From NCBI RefSeq assembly GCF_006345805.1, contig NW_021825865.1, forward strand, positions 1 through 14,169: DNA of 14,169 nucleotides. Direction: 5' to 3'. Both the position numbers and the translations under genes were made by a program. How positions within the stretch are numbered: position 1 is the first letter of the stretch; each line of letters starts with the position of its first letter. The notes under the pieces were generated by a model. That model was not told the DNA's origin. It saw nothing but the letters and a program-made list of their open reading frames with translations, and ran no database searches. Below are positions 1 to 10,421 of the stretch, piece after piece. Origin of the DNA: Octopus sinensis (taxonomy: Eukaryota).

Positions 1-14
1 ATATATATATATAT

Positions 15-46
<32 letters not shown>

Positions 47-53
47 GTATATA
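1..53. repeat. (TA)n microsatellite, imperfect
   Basis: Visible TA dinucleotide run with a few interruptions. Confidence 0.95.
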
Positions 54-70
54 CACGCGCGCGTATACAT

Positions 71-299
71 GGGCGGCGAGCTGGAGAAGCGTTAGCACGC
101 CGGCGTAATGCCTAGTGGGATTTCGTCTGTGTTTACGTTCTGAGTTCAAATTCCGCCGAAGTTAACTTTGCCTTTCATCTTTTCGGAGGCGATAAACTAA
201 GTGCCAATTGCTTACTGGGGGTCGATATAATCGACTGGTCACTCCCCCAAAAAAATTTTGGGCCTTGTGCCTAGAGTAAAAAAGATTATTATTATTATT
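71..299 (+). mobile_element. tRNA-derived SINE, family A, tail type 1 with (ATT)n end
   Basis: Head GGGCGGCGAGCTGG...; B-box-like GTTCAAATTCC at 144-154; body similar to copies at 8821 and 10551; tail ...GGCCTTGTGCCTAGAGTAAAAAAG followed by (ATT)5. Confidence 0.85.
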
Positions 300-541
300 G
301 TGCTCCCCATACAGTAAAATCACAGAAATTTGGAGCTGAGAGTAAGTGAAAAAGTGTTTGTAGTCTATTCGGCCTTCTAAGGCCATGTTTTTTCTTTTAA
401 TTATTACCATTGCAATTCTGAGATTGTCTGGACTGCAAAAGGTAGTATTTTTACGTAGAAAACAGCCCCGGTTTTGCAGGGGTGCGTATCAATAATTTTT
501 GAATTTAACTACTTTCGCCCCAGGTAGCAATAACGGGAATA

Positions 542-1670
542 TTGGCCCCGTTTGTGGTGAGGAATATGGGAAATTTCCGCATAGATGAAGAAGATTTTAA
601 AATGGCAAGGAAAATTATAAAAAGGAATGGTAGAAGAGTAACTTTAAACCATCCATCCGATGGGGTAGAGAAGATCTCTTGATGCAGGGTAACATACTGC
701 TGCATTGAAGTCTTGTCTCAGCGGGTGGAAAATGTTCCTGGAACGAAATACAAATATGTCCCGGGAGCGTGTGAGAACAAAAGACTCACATCAGCCGAGG
801 AAAGAAGTTTGGAACTATTGAGGTGAGATACTTGGGACGGAAGAAGAAGCCAGGTGTCATTCCCCGACCACTTAATCCTCAGTTATCCCAGCCAATGTTT
901 TTCCAAGATTAGGATGTTGAATGTGCCACCAGAAATATCCATCACATGATTGGTGGCGGCCATCCTGGCAGGTCTCGAAGAAAACGAAGTGACGATATAG
1001 GAGGTGAAGAAAATGCCTAAGCAAAACTGGTCTGGTATAGGTATGGAATGGATTTTACAATCTATGCAGGACCATATTGACCAACTGCCCGATCTAATCG
1101 ATCTCCCGGATGGCACTCACCTATTGGTGTCAGTGGAGGGCAAACAGCCAAGATGCCACATATGTGAATGGGACTCGTTTAAAGGCTTTTCTGCCCTGAA
1201 ACAAGAAAAAATAAACTCCCACTGCTGACAACACCACAAACGCAAAATCATGAACGAGTGTTGAAGACTCCTACACCTACAGCCATGCACACATCCACTC
1301 CCAAACCAAGCCAAAGAAGAAGTCTACCTCCGGTTGCCACGGAAAAGCAAGCTTCTCCTGAATGCTCCACCTCACTAACCAACATCAACTGCAATGACAT
1401 GGAGGAGGAGGAAGAAGAGCTGATCAATACATCAATGGATCACAGTGACAAAAGGAGGTAGGCGAAAGAGGAGGAGAGTACGTAGCCCTACTCCAAGAGA
1501 TCAAGAAAAACATATTCTGAAACAGCAACTGCAACACAATTCACAACCACTTCAACAAGAGCAAGAACAACAATTTCAAAAAGAGCAACATCATGAAATC
1601 AGAGAAACACAGAAACAACCAATTACAGAACTTCAAAAACAAGATTATTCAACAGACTGTAAATGAAATG
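542..1670 (+). pseudogene. Degenerate Tx1-like ORF1 (gag-like, CCHC knuckle remnant, Q/E/P/T-rich linker)
   Basis: Pieces GVEKI/SRGKKFGTIEVR, YLGRK, SKIRMLNVPPEISIT*LV and KQNWSGIG...IDLPDGTHLLVSVEGKQPRCHIC align with the second element's GVKELCHQGKRFGTMEVR, YLGRRVTKIKIDQVPPELSISCLV and EKNWSGMG...INLPDGTRLHVAVEGRRPK. It contains stops, insertions and deletions; both ends are approximate. Confidence 0.8.
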
Positions 1671-1677
1671 TCCACGT

Positions 1678-2090
1678 CTGACTCAAATTCATTTACAATG
1701 GTACCAATCGTCACCACTTCAGAGTCCTCCGACACCGTGATGATGAGATCGTCTGCGTACGCCGACACTGCCCTCCTGAGTCCAGTGAAAGCAGGCAGCT
1801 CTGACGGACCGAACGTGCGATACTAAACGGTTCTGATAGATGGCCATTTGCTTTGACCACCGAGCAGGTGGCACTGTGCATTGCAGCAATCCAGCCTCTG
1901 AAAACGGGTCCGAAACCGACCCTTTTAGGGATGGATTCCAGGTAGCGATGGTCTACCCTATCGAAAGCTTTCGATTGATTCAAATTGATCAGGGCCCCAC
2001 TAAGCCAACTTTAGCCCCTGCCCTCTGTACGATGTATCGCACAAGGTGGGGTTGTTGTGGATAAACCTCTTTGGTAAAGTGTAAACCTGT
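1678..2090 (-). pseudogene. Inverted Tx1-like reverse transcriptase fragment
   Basis: Minus strand reads IHNN..LVRYIVQR...LINLNQSKAFDRVDHRYL..GFGPVFRGWI..NGHLSEPFSIARSVRQSCLLS, then after a ~75-nt deletion AVSAYADDLIITVS..NEFES. YADD codons are at 1748-1759. It is collinear with 6700-7150 of the second element. Confidence 0.9.
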
Positions 2091-2094
2091 GAGT

Positions 2095-2375
2095 CGGAAG
2101 AAAAGAGTTAGAGAGGACTCTCGTCCTTGGTATTTAGGGTGATCTTGGATGGGGGGGGGGTCCTCGATTATCCCTAGTGGTCCTCCTGTATCAAGGAGAC
2201 CCCATCACTATAATTTTTCCTTCTTTATCTAGTGTCATATACTATGTATATTTCACTTCTTCTAATGTATATCGTGTATACTATTTTTTTCATTCCAACA
2301 TGTGTAAACCCCCACACTTTATGTCTGCTTTTGTATTGACCCCTCATCCTTCGCCCTGGTGGCAAATAAAAGAAA

Positions 2376-2410
<35 letters not shown>
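2095..2410 (+). other. Putative LINE 3' UTR with polyadenylation signal and (ATT)11 tail
   Basis: Non-coding; G-run at 2150-2160, AATAAA at 2365-2370, (ATT)11 at 2378-2410. The last ~57 nt resemble SINE tail type 2. Confidence 0.6.
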
Positions 2411-3072
<662 letters not shown>

Positions 3073-3267
3073 TCTCTAAAGGACGGACGTGTCTCAGGAA
3101 GCTCCGTAAGTTTTGTACCAATTTTATTGGAAGTGTGTCTAAAAGTACATATTTTTTCGATATTTGTGTGGCCAAGCCAACTAACTTCTAGCGGAGCTAG
3201 TTGGTTAGGCAAAATTTCAGTTTGAACATTGAAAATTTTGCAAACACACACATTTATTTTAACAAAC

Positions 3268-5012
3268 ATGTCTTTGAAGAGAGCAGTTAGCTGTTCCCTT
3301 CTTCCAACACCACACCCTCCGCAACACACAATTTCGAAAACGGCTCCAAACCGACCGTTTCGCGCCTTAAAAGGCAACAAAGAATTTTCGAAAGAACGTG
3401 CTGGCACGTGCAGCGTTCAAAATGACAATACAAAAGAAGGCGTCATTGAAAATTTCCCTGCTCTTCCCTCCGTCAATGCTCCAGTACCGGAGAAGGAGGA
3501 AAGAACATCAATGAACAGCATCAACAATGACACCACCACCAGCAACAACACAACTGAACACATCGTAACGGTTTCACCTCCGCTGCTAAGCAGATCTCGG
3601 GGAAATACAAGTTACGATGGAAGAAATCAAACTGCTAAAAGTTTATTGAAGAAACAGGTGTACAGCATATTCCTGAATACACCACAAGAACTGATACAAG
3701 AAACAAACAGAAAACACAAATCTACAGATTTTCGAAAGAAAATACAGAAAATAAGCAATGCCGCACCACAACAACTGGAAATAGCTCTGAAGCCCATTGG
3801 GGTCAAAGAGCTATGTCACCAAGGGAAGCGGTTTGGAACCATGGAGGTTCGATTCCCAACAGAGGAGATGCAAGGAAACATGCCATTTCGCCCTTGCAAA
3901 CAGAAAGTTTCTTGCTCGTACGAATACCTTGGTCGGCGAGTAACAAAAATCAAAATTGATCAGGTGCCGCCCGAGCTGAGTATATCTTGCCTGGTGGAAC
4001 TGTCCTCTATGACATAGAGGCACTGCCACTATTCTGGATGTACGCAGGTTGCGAGAGAAGAACTGGTCAGGTATGGGAATACAGCTGCTGGCACAGATCG
4101 CAAGAAAATATATTCCATACCTGATTCCCATAAATTTGCCGGACGGCACCAGATTGCACGTTGCTGTAGAGGGGCGAAGGCCAAAATGGCTACGTCTGCA
4201 GCAGCGAAACCATCTGAAGAAAGACTGCCCCATTTACAAGCAAAGAATGGAAGCAGAAAACAAGAAACAGCAGCAGCAACAACAACAACAACAACAACAA
4301 CAGCCTGAAACACCAAAAATTGCCACACCACCAACACCATCACCACCACCACGAAGAGTAACACCACCTCCAGTCACCACCAAACCAATACCAACACCGA
4401 GAAGGACCACCCAGAAAGAAGCACCAACACCGTCACCAACACCAACAATTGCAGCAACAGCACCGTTTCCTACAAATATTACTGATTTTCGACAAACTGT
4501 GGAAACGGACCCCACAAAAGTCCCCTTTCCAGATCAGGTCAGCTCGGATTGTGCGAGCACTGATAGCAAAAAAAGGGGAGTGGCACACAGTGCCACCGAA
4601 AAAGAAAAGACGTAAAAAACAAAATGACACACATAACAGACGGGAGAAGCACGAACAAACAGAGCTTCCTATCATCAACAACAACACTTTCGCCACCATT
4701 AGTGTCACACACACCAACACATACAGACACCGTTACAGCTATAAACACAAAAAGGAAAAACTTGTCACGCACCTGAAAGAAAACACAGACACTAAAATCA
4801 CTTATTTTGTTATACCAACGCACAACACACCACCAGCACACATTCTTACCATAAAAGTAAACGAAGCAAAATATAACGAAATCAAGGAGAAATTACCTAA
4901 CGATGTCGGGTCGCTAGGGAGAAATTTTTCAAAAAATCTCTATAAAAACCTGGCGGAAACACCCGTGCAAAAGCACAAGGGAGCCACCCCACCAAACAAC
5001 AACAGTAAGTAG
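3268..5012 (+). pseudogene. Tx1-like ORF1 (RNA-binding/gag-like), frameshifted
   Basis: ATG at 3268 and TAG at 5010-5012, spread over three frames (track ORFs 3229-4017, 4049-4615, 4449-5012). The CCHC knuckle CYVCSSENHLKKDC can be reconstructed at 4187-4228. A polyQ tract at ~4268-4303 is followed by a P/T-rich linker. Confidence 0.85.
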
Positions 5013-5043
5013 AGCCTTTTTTCTCCTTCTGAACCTTTAAAAT

Positions 5044-8000
5044 ATGACTAAACTCAGAATAGGTTGCTTAAATGTGAGAGGCCTCGGGTCACCTTGGAAA
5101 CAGGGGCACCTGTTAAACGACCTGAGGTTTCACAGCGTGGATGTAGCAGCCATTAGTAAAACCAGGCTCTCCGACCCGCAGGAATTCGCGGCCCTTTTCG
5201 GCGGATACGAGATTTTGTTATCTCTGTGTCGGCCGGGAGCGGGCGGTGGTGGCACTGCGGTGTTGTTTCGGAAGGGCCTGAATTTGAAAATAAGGACAGT
5301 CTTCCTGGATCCAGAAGGTAAGTTGGTGGTCCTCGACGTAGACGGTAGTGATGGCGGTGCTTTCAGACTGCTGGCTGCCTACGCTCCGACAGGAGCAGGG
5401 CAGTCCGATTATTTCAAGCGTCTGGAAGTTTTCTTAGGAACGTCACGCACTCTAGTGCTAGTTGGGGATTGGAACGCTATCTTAGACGAACGTTTCGATC
5501 GGGTGGGCACGGGAGCATCTGATAGGAGAGGAGGGTGCAAGAGCCAACCTGCTCAGGCGCTTTCAGCTGTCCGACAGGTTTCGACTAGACAACCCGAATG
5601 TGCCAATGTGGACTTGGACTAATCGCATCGGGTCATCTAGATCGTACTTAGAGTGTTTTGTAGGCCAGCGGATAAGGACAGCATAGGGTGTCCACAATTC
5701 CACCTAGTCGACTACACGGACCACAAATTCGTTATCTGTACGGTCGACTTAGATAGGCTACATAGACAGGGACCCGGCTACTGGAAGCTGAACGCGTCGT
5801 CAACGGCTTGCAAAGCTTACAGAGACCGGATTAGTTTATTAGTTAAACGGGCGCTCACGGGGCAATCATCAACAACAACTGGTGGTTTCCTCTCAAGAGA
5901 GCAATTAGAGCAGAGTCGATTAGGTTTAGTAAGTCTCTAGCTGTAGAACATAGGAAAACAGAGCGGGAATTAGTTAGAAAACTAGACGAGGCTCTTGAGA
6001 CAGGCATCGCAACCGACGTGTTGGCGGCTAGGTTGGCCCTCGACCAACACTTTGACGCCAAACATGAAGGTTGCGTTGTCAGAGCTAAGGCGCGTTCGCT
6101 AAGCGGGGAGGGAACTAAGGCCGCTCGATGGGCCCGCGTGGCGGAGGCGAAGCATGGCATCAACGCGACCATTCGGTCTTTGGTGGACCAGAACGGGCGC
6201 GAGGTTTCCGAACCGAAGCAGATGTGTGCGGTGTTTCAGCAACACTTTGCTCTATTGTTTGGGACGAACGGTGGGACGGACAACGGTACAGACTTCGGTG
6301 TGTACCTGGACGGCCTACCGCAACTCTGGGACAGCGAGGCGGAGTGATGCGAAAGGCCGATATCTGCCTGGGAAATGGAAGAAGCGATGAAAACCTGCAC
6401 GAGAGGTAGATCGCCGGGTTTGGATGGTCTGCCCTTCGAGCTTTACATTTCAATGCCAGACTTGTTTGCGGGCCTCTTGGCAAACGTCTACTGCAACTGG
6501 CAGCAAAACGGGAGAATTCTTGCTTTTGTTTGTCGAGGAGTGTTGGCTTTGCTGAGAAAGGATCCAAACAAGGGGGACGTTATAGGGAACTTTCGGCCCA
6601 TCACTCTGCTCAATGCAGAGTTGAAGATGCTGGCCAAGGTGTTAGCCAAGAGATTGGCGCTTGTCGTGGACAAGCTGATTGACAAGGCGCAGACATGCGC
6701 CGTGCCGACCAGGTCAATGCACGATAATCTCCATCTCATATGCTACATCATAGAGAGGGTGGGTAAAGACGCTGGCGCGGGTGGGGTTTTGATCAATTTA
6801 GATCAGAGTAAAGCCTTCGATAGGGTCGACCATCGATACCGGTTTCGGTCCAGTCTTCCGCGGGTGGATTTCTGCTTTATACAGCAACATCTGCTCGGTA
6901 ATACGGGTGAATGGTCACCTTTCGGAGCCGTTTAACATCACGCGTTCGGTCCGCCAAGGATGCCCTCTCTCCTACCTCTTGTACATATTGACTCTCGAGC
7001 CATTACTGCGCAAGTTGGAGGCTTTGAGGGGTATCCCGCGTGATCTAGGAGGTGGAAACAGCGTGTCTGCCTATGCCGACGACGTCACCGTGATGGTGTC
7101 GAGCCACAGGCACATTGACCTGATCGGTGAGACACTAAACGAGTACGAAGCGGTGACATGGGCAAAAATTAACGCGGAAAAGTCCATGGGCTTGCAACTG
7201 GGCACCCGGAGAGGCAAGTCCATGCCGTCCAACAGCGTCGTATGGCGCTGGACAGACGGACCCGTTAAACTGCTCGGGGTCTGGTTCGGTCCGAACCTCC
7301 AGGTGGATAAAAACTGGGAAGAAGTGACGAGCAGGGTGGCCAATCTCACCCAGAAATGGGCCGAGAGGAAGCTGTCCCTGGAAGGCCGGGCGGAGGTGCG
7401 AATGCGTACATCGCATCCGTCATCATTTACCGCTTGACCGTCGTCCCTTGTCCCGACCGCTGGTTGACCAAGCTGGTGCGCTTGCTCTTCGACTTTTTGT
7501 ATAAGGGTCAGGTACCACTGGTCAGGCGATCCATCTGCTGTCAACGGCCGCTGAACGGAGGCCTTGGCATGCCGTGGTTACTGATGCGCAGACATGCGCT
7601 CAGGCTACGGCATCTCAAGCGTTTCCTAGACGGTGAACAGGTGTGGTCGTCTTTTGTCAGACGCGACTTTCCGCAGCTCGTCTCTTTGACAGAGCTGCAA
7701 TCCTGGATCAAACGCAGACCGAGAAAGGGCGCTTGGCACCTCGAGTGCCGTCAAGTTCTCTCCGCCCTCCACCATGCGGGCAATGCGATCGGTAGTAGTT
7801 CCACTCTAGCGTTCTATAGAGGGTTAGTGGAAGAAAAGTGCGACGACGTTCTCGGGGAAACTCTAGACGTTGACGATAACGAGCTAAGCAGTCTGTACGG
7901 AAGGACTTTCGGGCCGGGGCCAATGGACAATTTCTAAAAGTCCCTCGCCTGGCAGTGCTGCCGAGGGGTGCTGCCAGGACGACGAAACCGTTCTGCACGC

Positions 8001-8125
8001 ACTCGTCCAGTGTCCGAATATTGCTGAACTATGGGTTCATGTCGAACAGCTACTGTCGCGTGTAGGACGGATCCGGCTATCGGCTGAATCCATAGTGAAG
8101 ATTGCCCCGCCGACCTCCTTTAACC
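5044..8125 (+). pseudogene. Tx1-like ORF2: APE endonuclease + reverse transcriptase + C-terminal Zn-finger remnant
   Basis: EN: GCLNVRGL, GDWNA, TDH, GPGYWKLN. RT: RSPGLDGLPFELY, NFRPITLLNAELK, DQSKAFDRVDH, RQGCPLS, YADD, KLLGVWFG. C-terminus: CQDDETVLHALVQCP. Lesions: TGA at 6345-6347, TAA at 7935-7937, a ~23-nt deletion at 6840/6841, several frameshifts, and K in place of the conserved E of the EN xET motif (ISKTRL). Confidence 0.95.
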
Positions 8126-8251
8126 CGTCGACTTTGCATTTCATCCTTTCGGGGTCGATAAATTAAGTACCAATTGCGTACTGGGGTCGGTGTGATCGAT
8201 TGTCCCCTTCCCCACAAAAATCCAGGCTTTGTGCCTTTGGTAGAAAGGATT
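8126..8251 (+). mobile_element. 5'-truncated family A SINE, tail type 1
   Basis: GTCGACTTTGCATTTCATCCTTTCGGGGTCGATAAATTAAGTACC...GGCTTTGTGCCTTTGGTAGAAAGGATT matches the 3' half of the 71-299 copy. Confidence 0.8.
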
Positions 8252-8667
8252 GTTTTTTTATTCTTTCGTAACACAGTGTAGGTAAAAATGCACCGGAGTC
8301 TTTAGTCATCTGCCATGTGACAACAAGGTCCTGAGACAGATGATACTTTCCTTAAGATGTGCGTTATACCCAATAAGGCTGCTTTTTGCAAGACATCAAT
8401 CTTGAGCCCGACGCTCCGATCACCACTTGTATCACTTTTACATTACCCTCTTGCATTCCATACAGTCTTGTTATTTCCACTTTCAATTCGGAGTACTTGG
8501 TGATTTTCTCAACCTCTTTACTCACAACATTCATGTAATCTGATATAGCTACATCAATGATCTGATAGTATTTGTCTCTCTTATTCAATATGAAAATCAT
8601 AGTCCCAGAGCATCGTTACTTTTTCATCTTCCTGCATATCTTTACTTGGTACATGCTCATACCAGTT
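8252..8667 (-). pseudogene. R4/Dong-type non-LTR retrotransposon 3' fragment (restriction-like endonuclease domain + short 3' UTR)
   Basis: Minus strand: WYEHVPSK..EDEKVTMLWD / MIFILNKRDK..QIIDVAI...KEVEKITKYSELKVEITRL...VKVIQVVIGASG / LQKAALLGITHILRKV, the typical R4/Dong RLE layout. AATAAA lies at 8257-8262 (minus). Confidence 0.8.
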
Positions 8668-8676
8668 CGACTTTGC

Positions 8677-8819
8677 GAGGTTGACTTTGCCTTTAATCCT
8701 TTCGGGGTCGATTAAAAAAGTACCAGTTACGCACTGGGGTCGATATAATCGACTTAATCCGTTTGTCTGTCCTTGTTTGTCCTCTCTGTGTTTAGCTCCT
8801 TGTGGGTAGTAAAGAAATA
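8677..8819 (+). mobile_element. 5'-truncated family A SINE, tail type 2
   Basis: Body as in the other copies, then ...GTTTGTCTGTCCTTGTTTGTCCTCTCTGTGTTTAGCTCCTTGTGGGTAGTAAAGAAATA. Confidence 0.85.
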
Positions 8820-9000
8820 AGTATTTCGTCTATCTTTACGTTCTGAGTTCAAATTCCGCTGAGGTCGACTTTGCCTTTCATCTTTTCGGGGTCGATGAAA
8901 TAAGCACCAGTTACGCACTGGGGTCGCTATAATCTACTAGTCCCCTCCACCAAATTTCAGGCCTTGTGTCTATAGTAGATTATTATTATTATTATTATTA
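8820..9000 (+). mobile_element. Family A SINE body starting at the (A)GTATTT site, tail type 1 with (ATT)n
   Basis: GTATTTCGTCTATCTTTACGTTCTGAGTTCAAATTCC...GGCCTTGTGTCTATAGTAG followed by (ATT)7. Confidence 0.85.
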
Positions 9001-9069
9001 CCGATTTTGTCTGCCTTGTATCGTCTATCTGTCCGAATGTTTTATTGTCCTCTATTTGGGTTTTGCTCC

Positions 9070-9073
<4 letters not shown>

Positions 9074-9137
<64 letters not shown>

Positions 9138-9330
9138 TTGTGTGTCTGTGTTTGTCCCCCTAGCATTGCTTGACAACCGATGCTGGTGTGTTTATGTCCC
9201 CGTTACTTAGCGGTTCGGCAAAAGAGACCGATAGAATAAGTCCCGGGGTTGAATTGCTCGATTAAAGGCGGTGCTCCAGCATGGCCGCAGTCAAATGACT
9301 GAAACAGTAAAAGAGTAAAAGAGTAAAAGA

Positions 9331-9333
<3 letters not shown>
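9074..9333 (+). mobile_element. Family B SINE 3' module preceded by (TA)n(TG)n, ending in (GTAAAAGA)3
   Basis: GCTTGACAACCGATGCTGGTGTG...CGGTTCGGCAAAAGAGACCGATAGAATAAG...CCAGCATGGCCGCAGTCAAATGACTGAAAC; homologous to the minus-strand copies at 9764, 10006 and 12680. Confidence 0.8.
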
Positions 9334-9369
<36 letters not shown>

Positions 9370-9371
<2 letters not shown>

Positions 9372-9573
9372 GTTATATGTTACATTACTCGATAGTCAAG
9401 ATAAAACTCTGAGTTTCAGATGCCGAAGTGGGAATCCACGACATCTCTTCGGTTATCTGGCTATTTGAAAACGTTTTCAATAGCCAGATGACCGAAGAGA
9501 TGTCGTGGATTCCCACTTCGGCATCTGAAACTCAGTGTTTTATCTGACTATCGAGTAATGTAACATATAATTG
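9370..9573. mobile_element. Fully palindromic (foldback) MITE with TA flanks
   Basis: Arms 9366-9472 and 9473-9577 are reverse complements with 3 substitutions and 2 single-base indels, and no spacer. TA flanks at 9368-9369 and 9574-9575 suggest a Tc1/mariner-type TSD. Confidence 0.75.
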
Positions 9574-9641
9574 TATAGATAAATTTCCTCTATTTACATA
9601 ATATTGAGGTCTCTTTCTTCTTTTGTTATCTTACCATTTTA

Positions 9642-9644
<3 letters not shown>

Positions 9645-9731
<87 letters not shown>

Positions 9732-9760
9732 TATATATATATTTACATATATATATAGTA
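9645..9760. repeat. (TA)n microsatellite
   Basis: Long visible TA run. Confidence 0.95.
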
Positions 9761-9763
9761 TAT

Positions 9764-9993
9764 ATTTTTATTCGTTTATTTTTTCACTCATTTGACAATG
9801 GCCATGCTGGAGCACGCCTTAAAGGGTTTTATAGTCGAAGAACTCGACCCCAGGAATTATTGTTTTAAGAATAGTACTTATTCTATCGGTCTATTATGCC
9901 GAACCGCTAAATTACGCGAACGTAAACACGCCGACATCGGTTGTCAAGTGATGAGGGAGGGGAGGACAAACACAGATACAAAGACACACACAC
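9764..9993 (-). mobile_element. Family B SINE 3' module
   Basis: Reverse complement of the 9140-9305 module (CCATGCTGGAGCAC...TTCTATCGGTC...GAACCGCTAA...CGGTTGTCAAG). Confidence 0.8.
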
Positions 9994-10005
9994 CAATATA
10001 TATCA

Positions 10006-10221
10006 TTGCCTTGAAGAAATTGTAGTCGAATAAATCGACCCCAGTAATTATTTTCTTTTTTAAGGCGAGTACTTCTACCGGTTTCTTTTGGCAAACCGCT
10101 AAGTTACAGGGACGTAAAGACGCAAGACCGGTTGCCAAGCGGTGGTGGCCCACACACACACACAACACACACAATTATATATATATACAATATATACATA
10201 TACATACATATATATAATATA

Positions 10222-10259
<38 letters not shown>

Positions 10260-10421
10260 ACGTGATTCTTATAGTTTCCATCAACCAAATCCACTCACAA
10301 GGTTTTGATCGGTCTGAGGCTAGAGTAGAAGACACTCGCCGAAGGTGCCACACAGTAGGCCTGAACTCGGAACCATGTGTTTAGGAAACAAGCTTCTTAC
10401 CACACAAGCTACGCCTGCGCC
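10006..10421 (-). mobile_element. Family B SINE: tRNA-like head + CORE-like segment + internal microsatellite + 3' module
   Basis: Minus strand GGCGCAGGCGTAGCTTGTGTGGTAAGAAGC...GGTTCCGAGTTCAGG...GGCACCTTCGGCGAGTGTCTTCTAC, then (TA)n/(TG)n at ~10151-10254, then the 3' module. Confidence 0.8.

Larger units (their letters stand above)
300..2377 (+). mobile_element. Rearranged, internally deleted L1/Tx1-like non-LTR retrotransposon (ORF1 on +, inverted RT fragment, putative 3' UTR)
   Basis: ORF1 homology to the second element, RT motifs on the minus strand, AATAAA at 2365-2370 followed by (ATT)11, and (ATT)n on both flanks. Treating it as one unit is an inference. Confidence 0.65.
3073..8125 (+). 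mobile_element. L1-superfamily (Tx1-like) non-LTR retrotransposon, inactive, lacking its 3' end
   Basis: 5' UTR, ORF1 with CCHC, a 31-nt spacer, and ORF2 with APE-RT-Zn finger. The sequence switches abruptly to SINE DNA at ~8126. Confidence 0.93.

Noticed and set aside
360-385. Faint U2 snRNA-like TTCGGCCTT near the 5' end of the first LINE (Keno-type target)
   Set aside because: The match is under 10 nt and not at the element boundary. The GGCCTT-CT-AAGGCC mini-hairpin is unremarkable.
300-2377. Twin-priming explanation for the inversion
   Set aside because: Twin priming leaves an inverted 5' segment followed by a sense 3' segment, whereas here ORF1 is sense and the middle is inverted.
3811-7998. 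Numerous antisense and alternate-frame ORFs over the LINE
   Set aside because: They are shadows of the GC-richer ORF1/ORF2 sequence and have no recognisable motifs.
8957-10174. IY/YI/HT/CV-repeat ORFs, and similar ones at 12794-13126
   Set aside because: These are translations of TA, TG and GATA repeats and SINE sequence.
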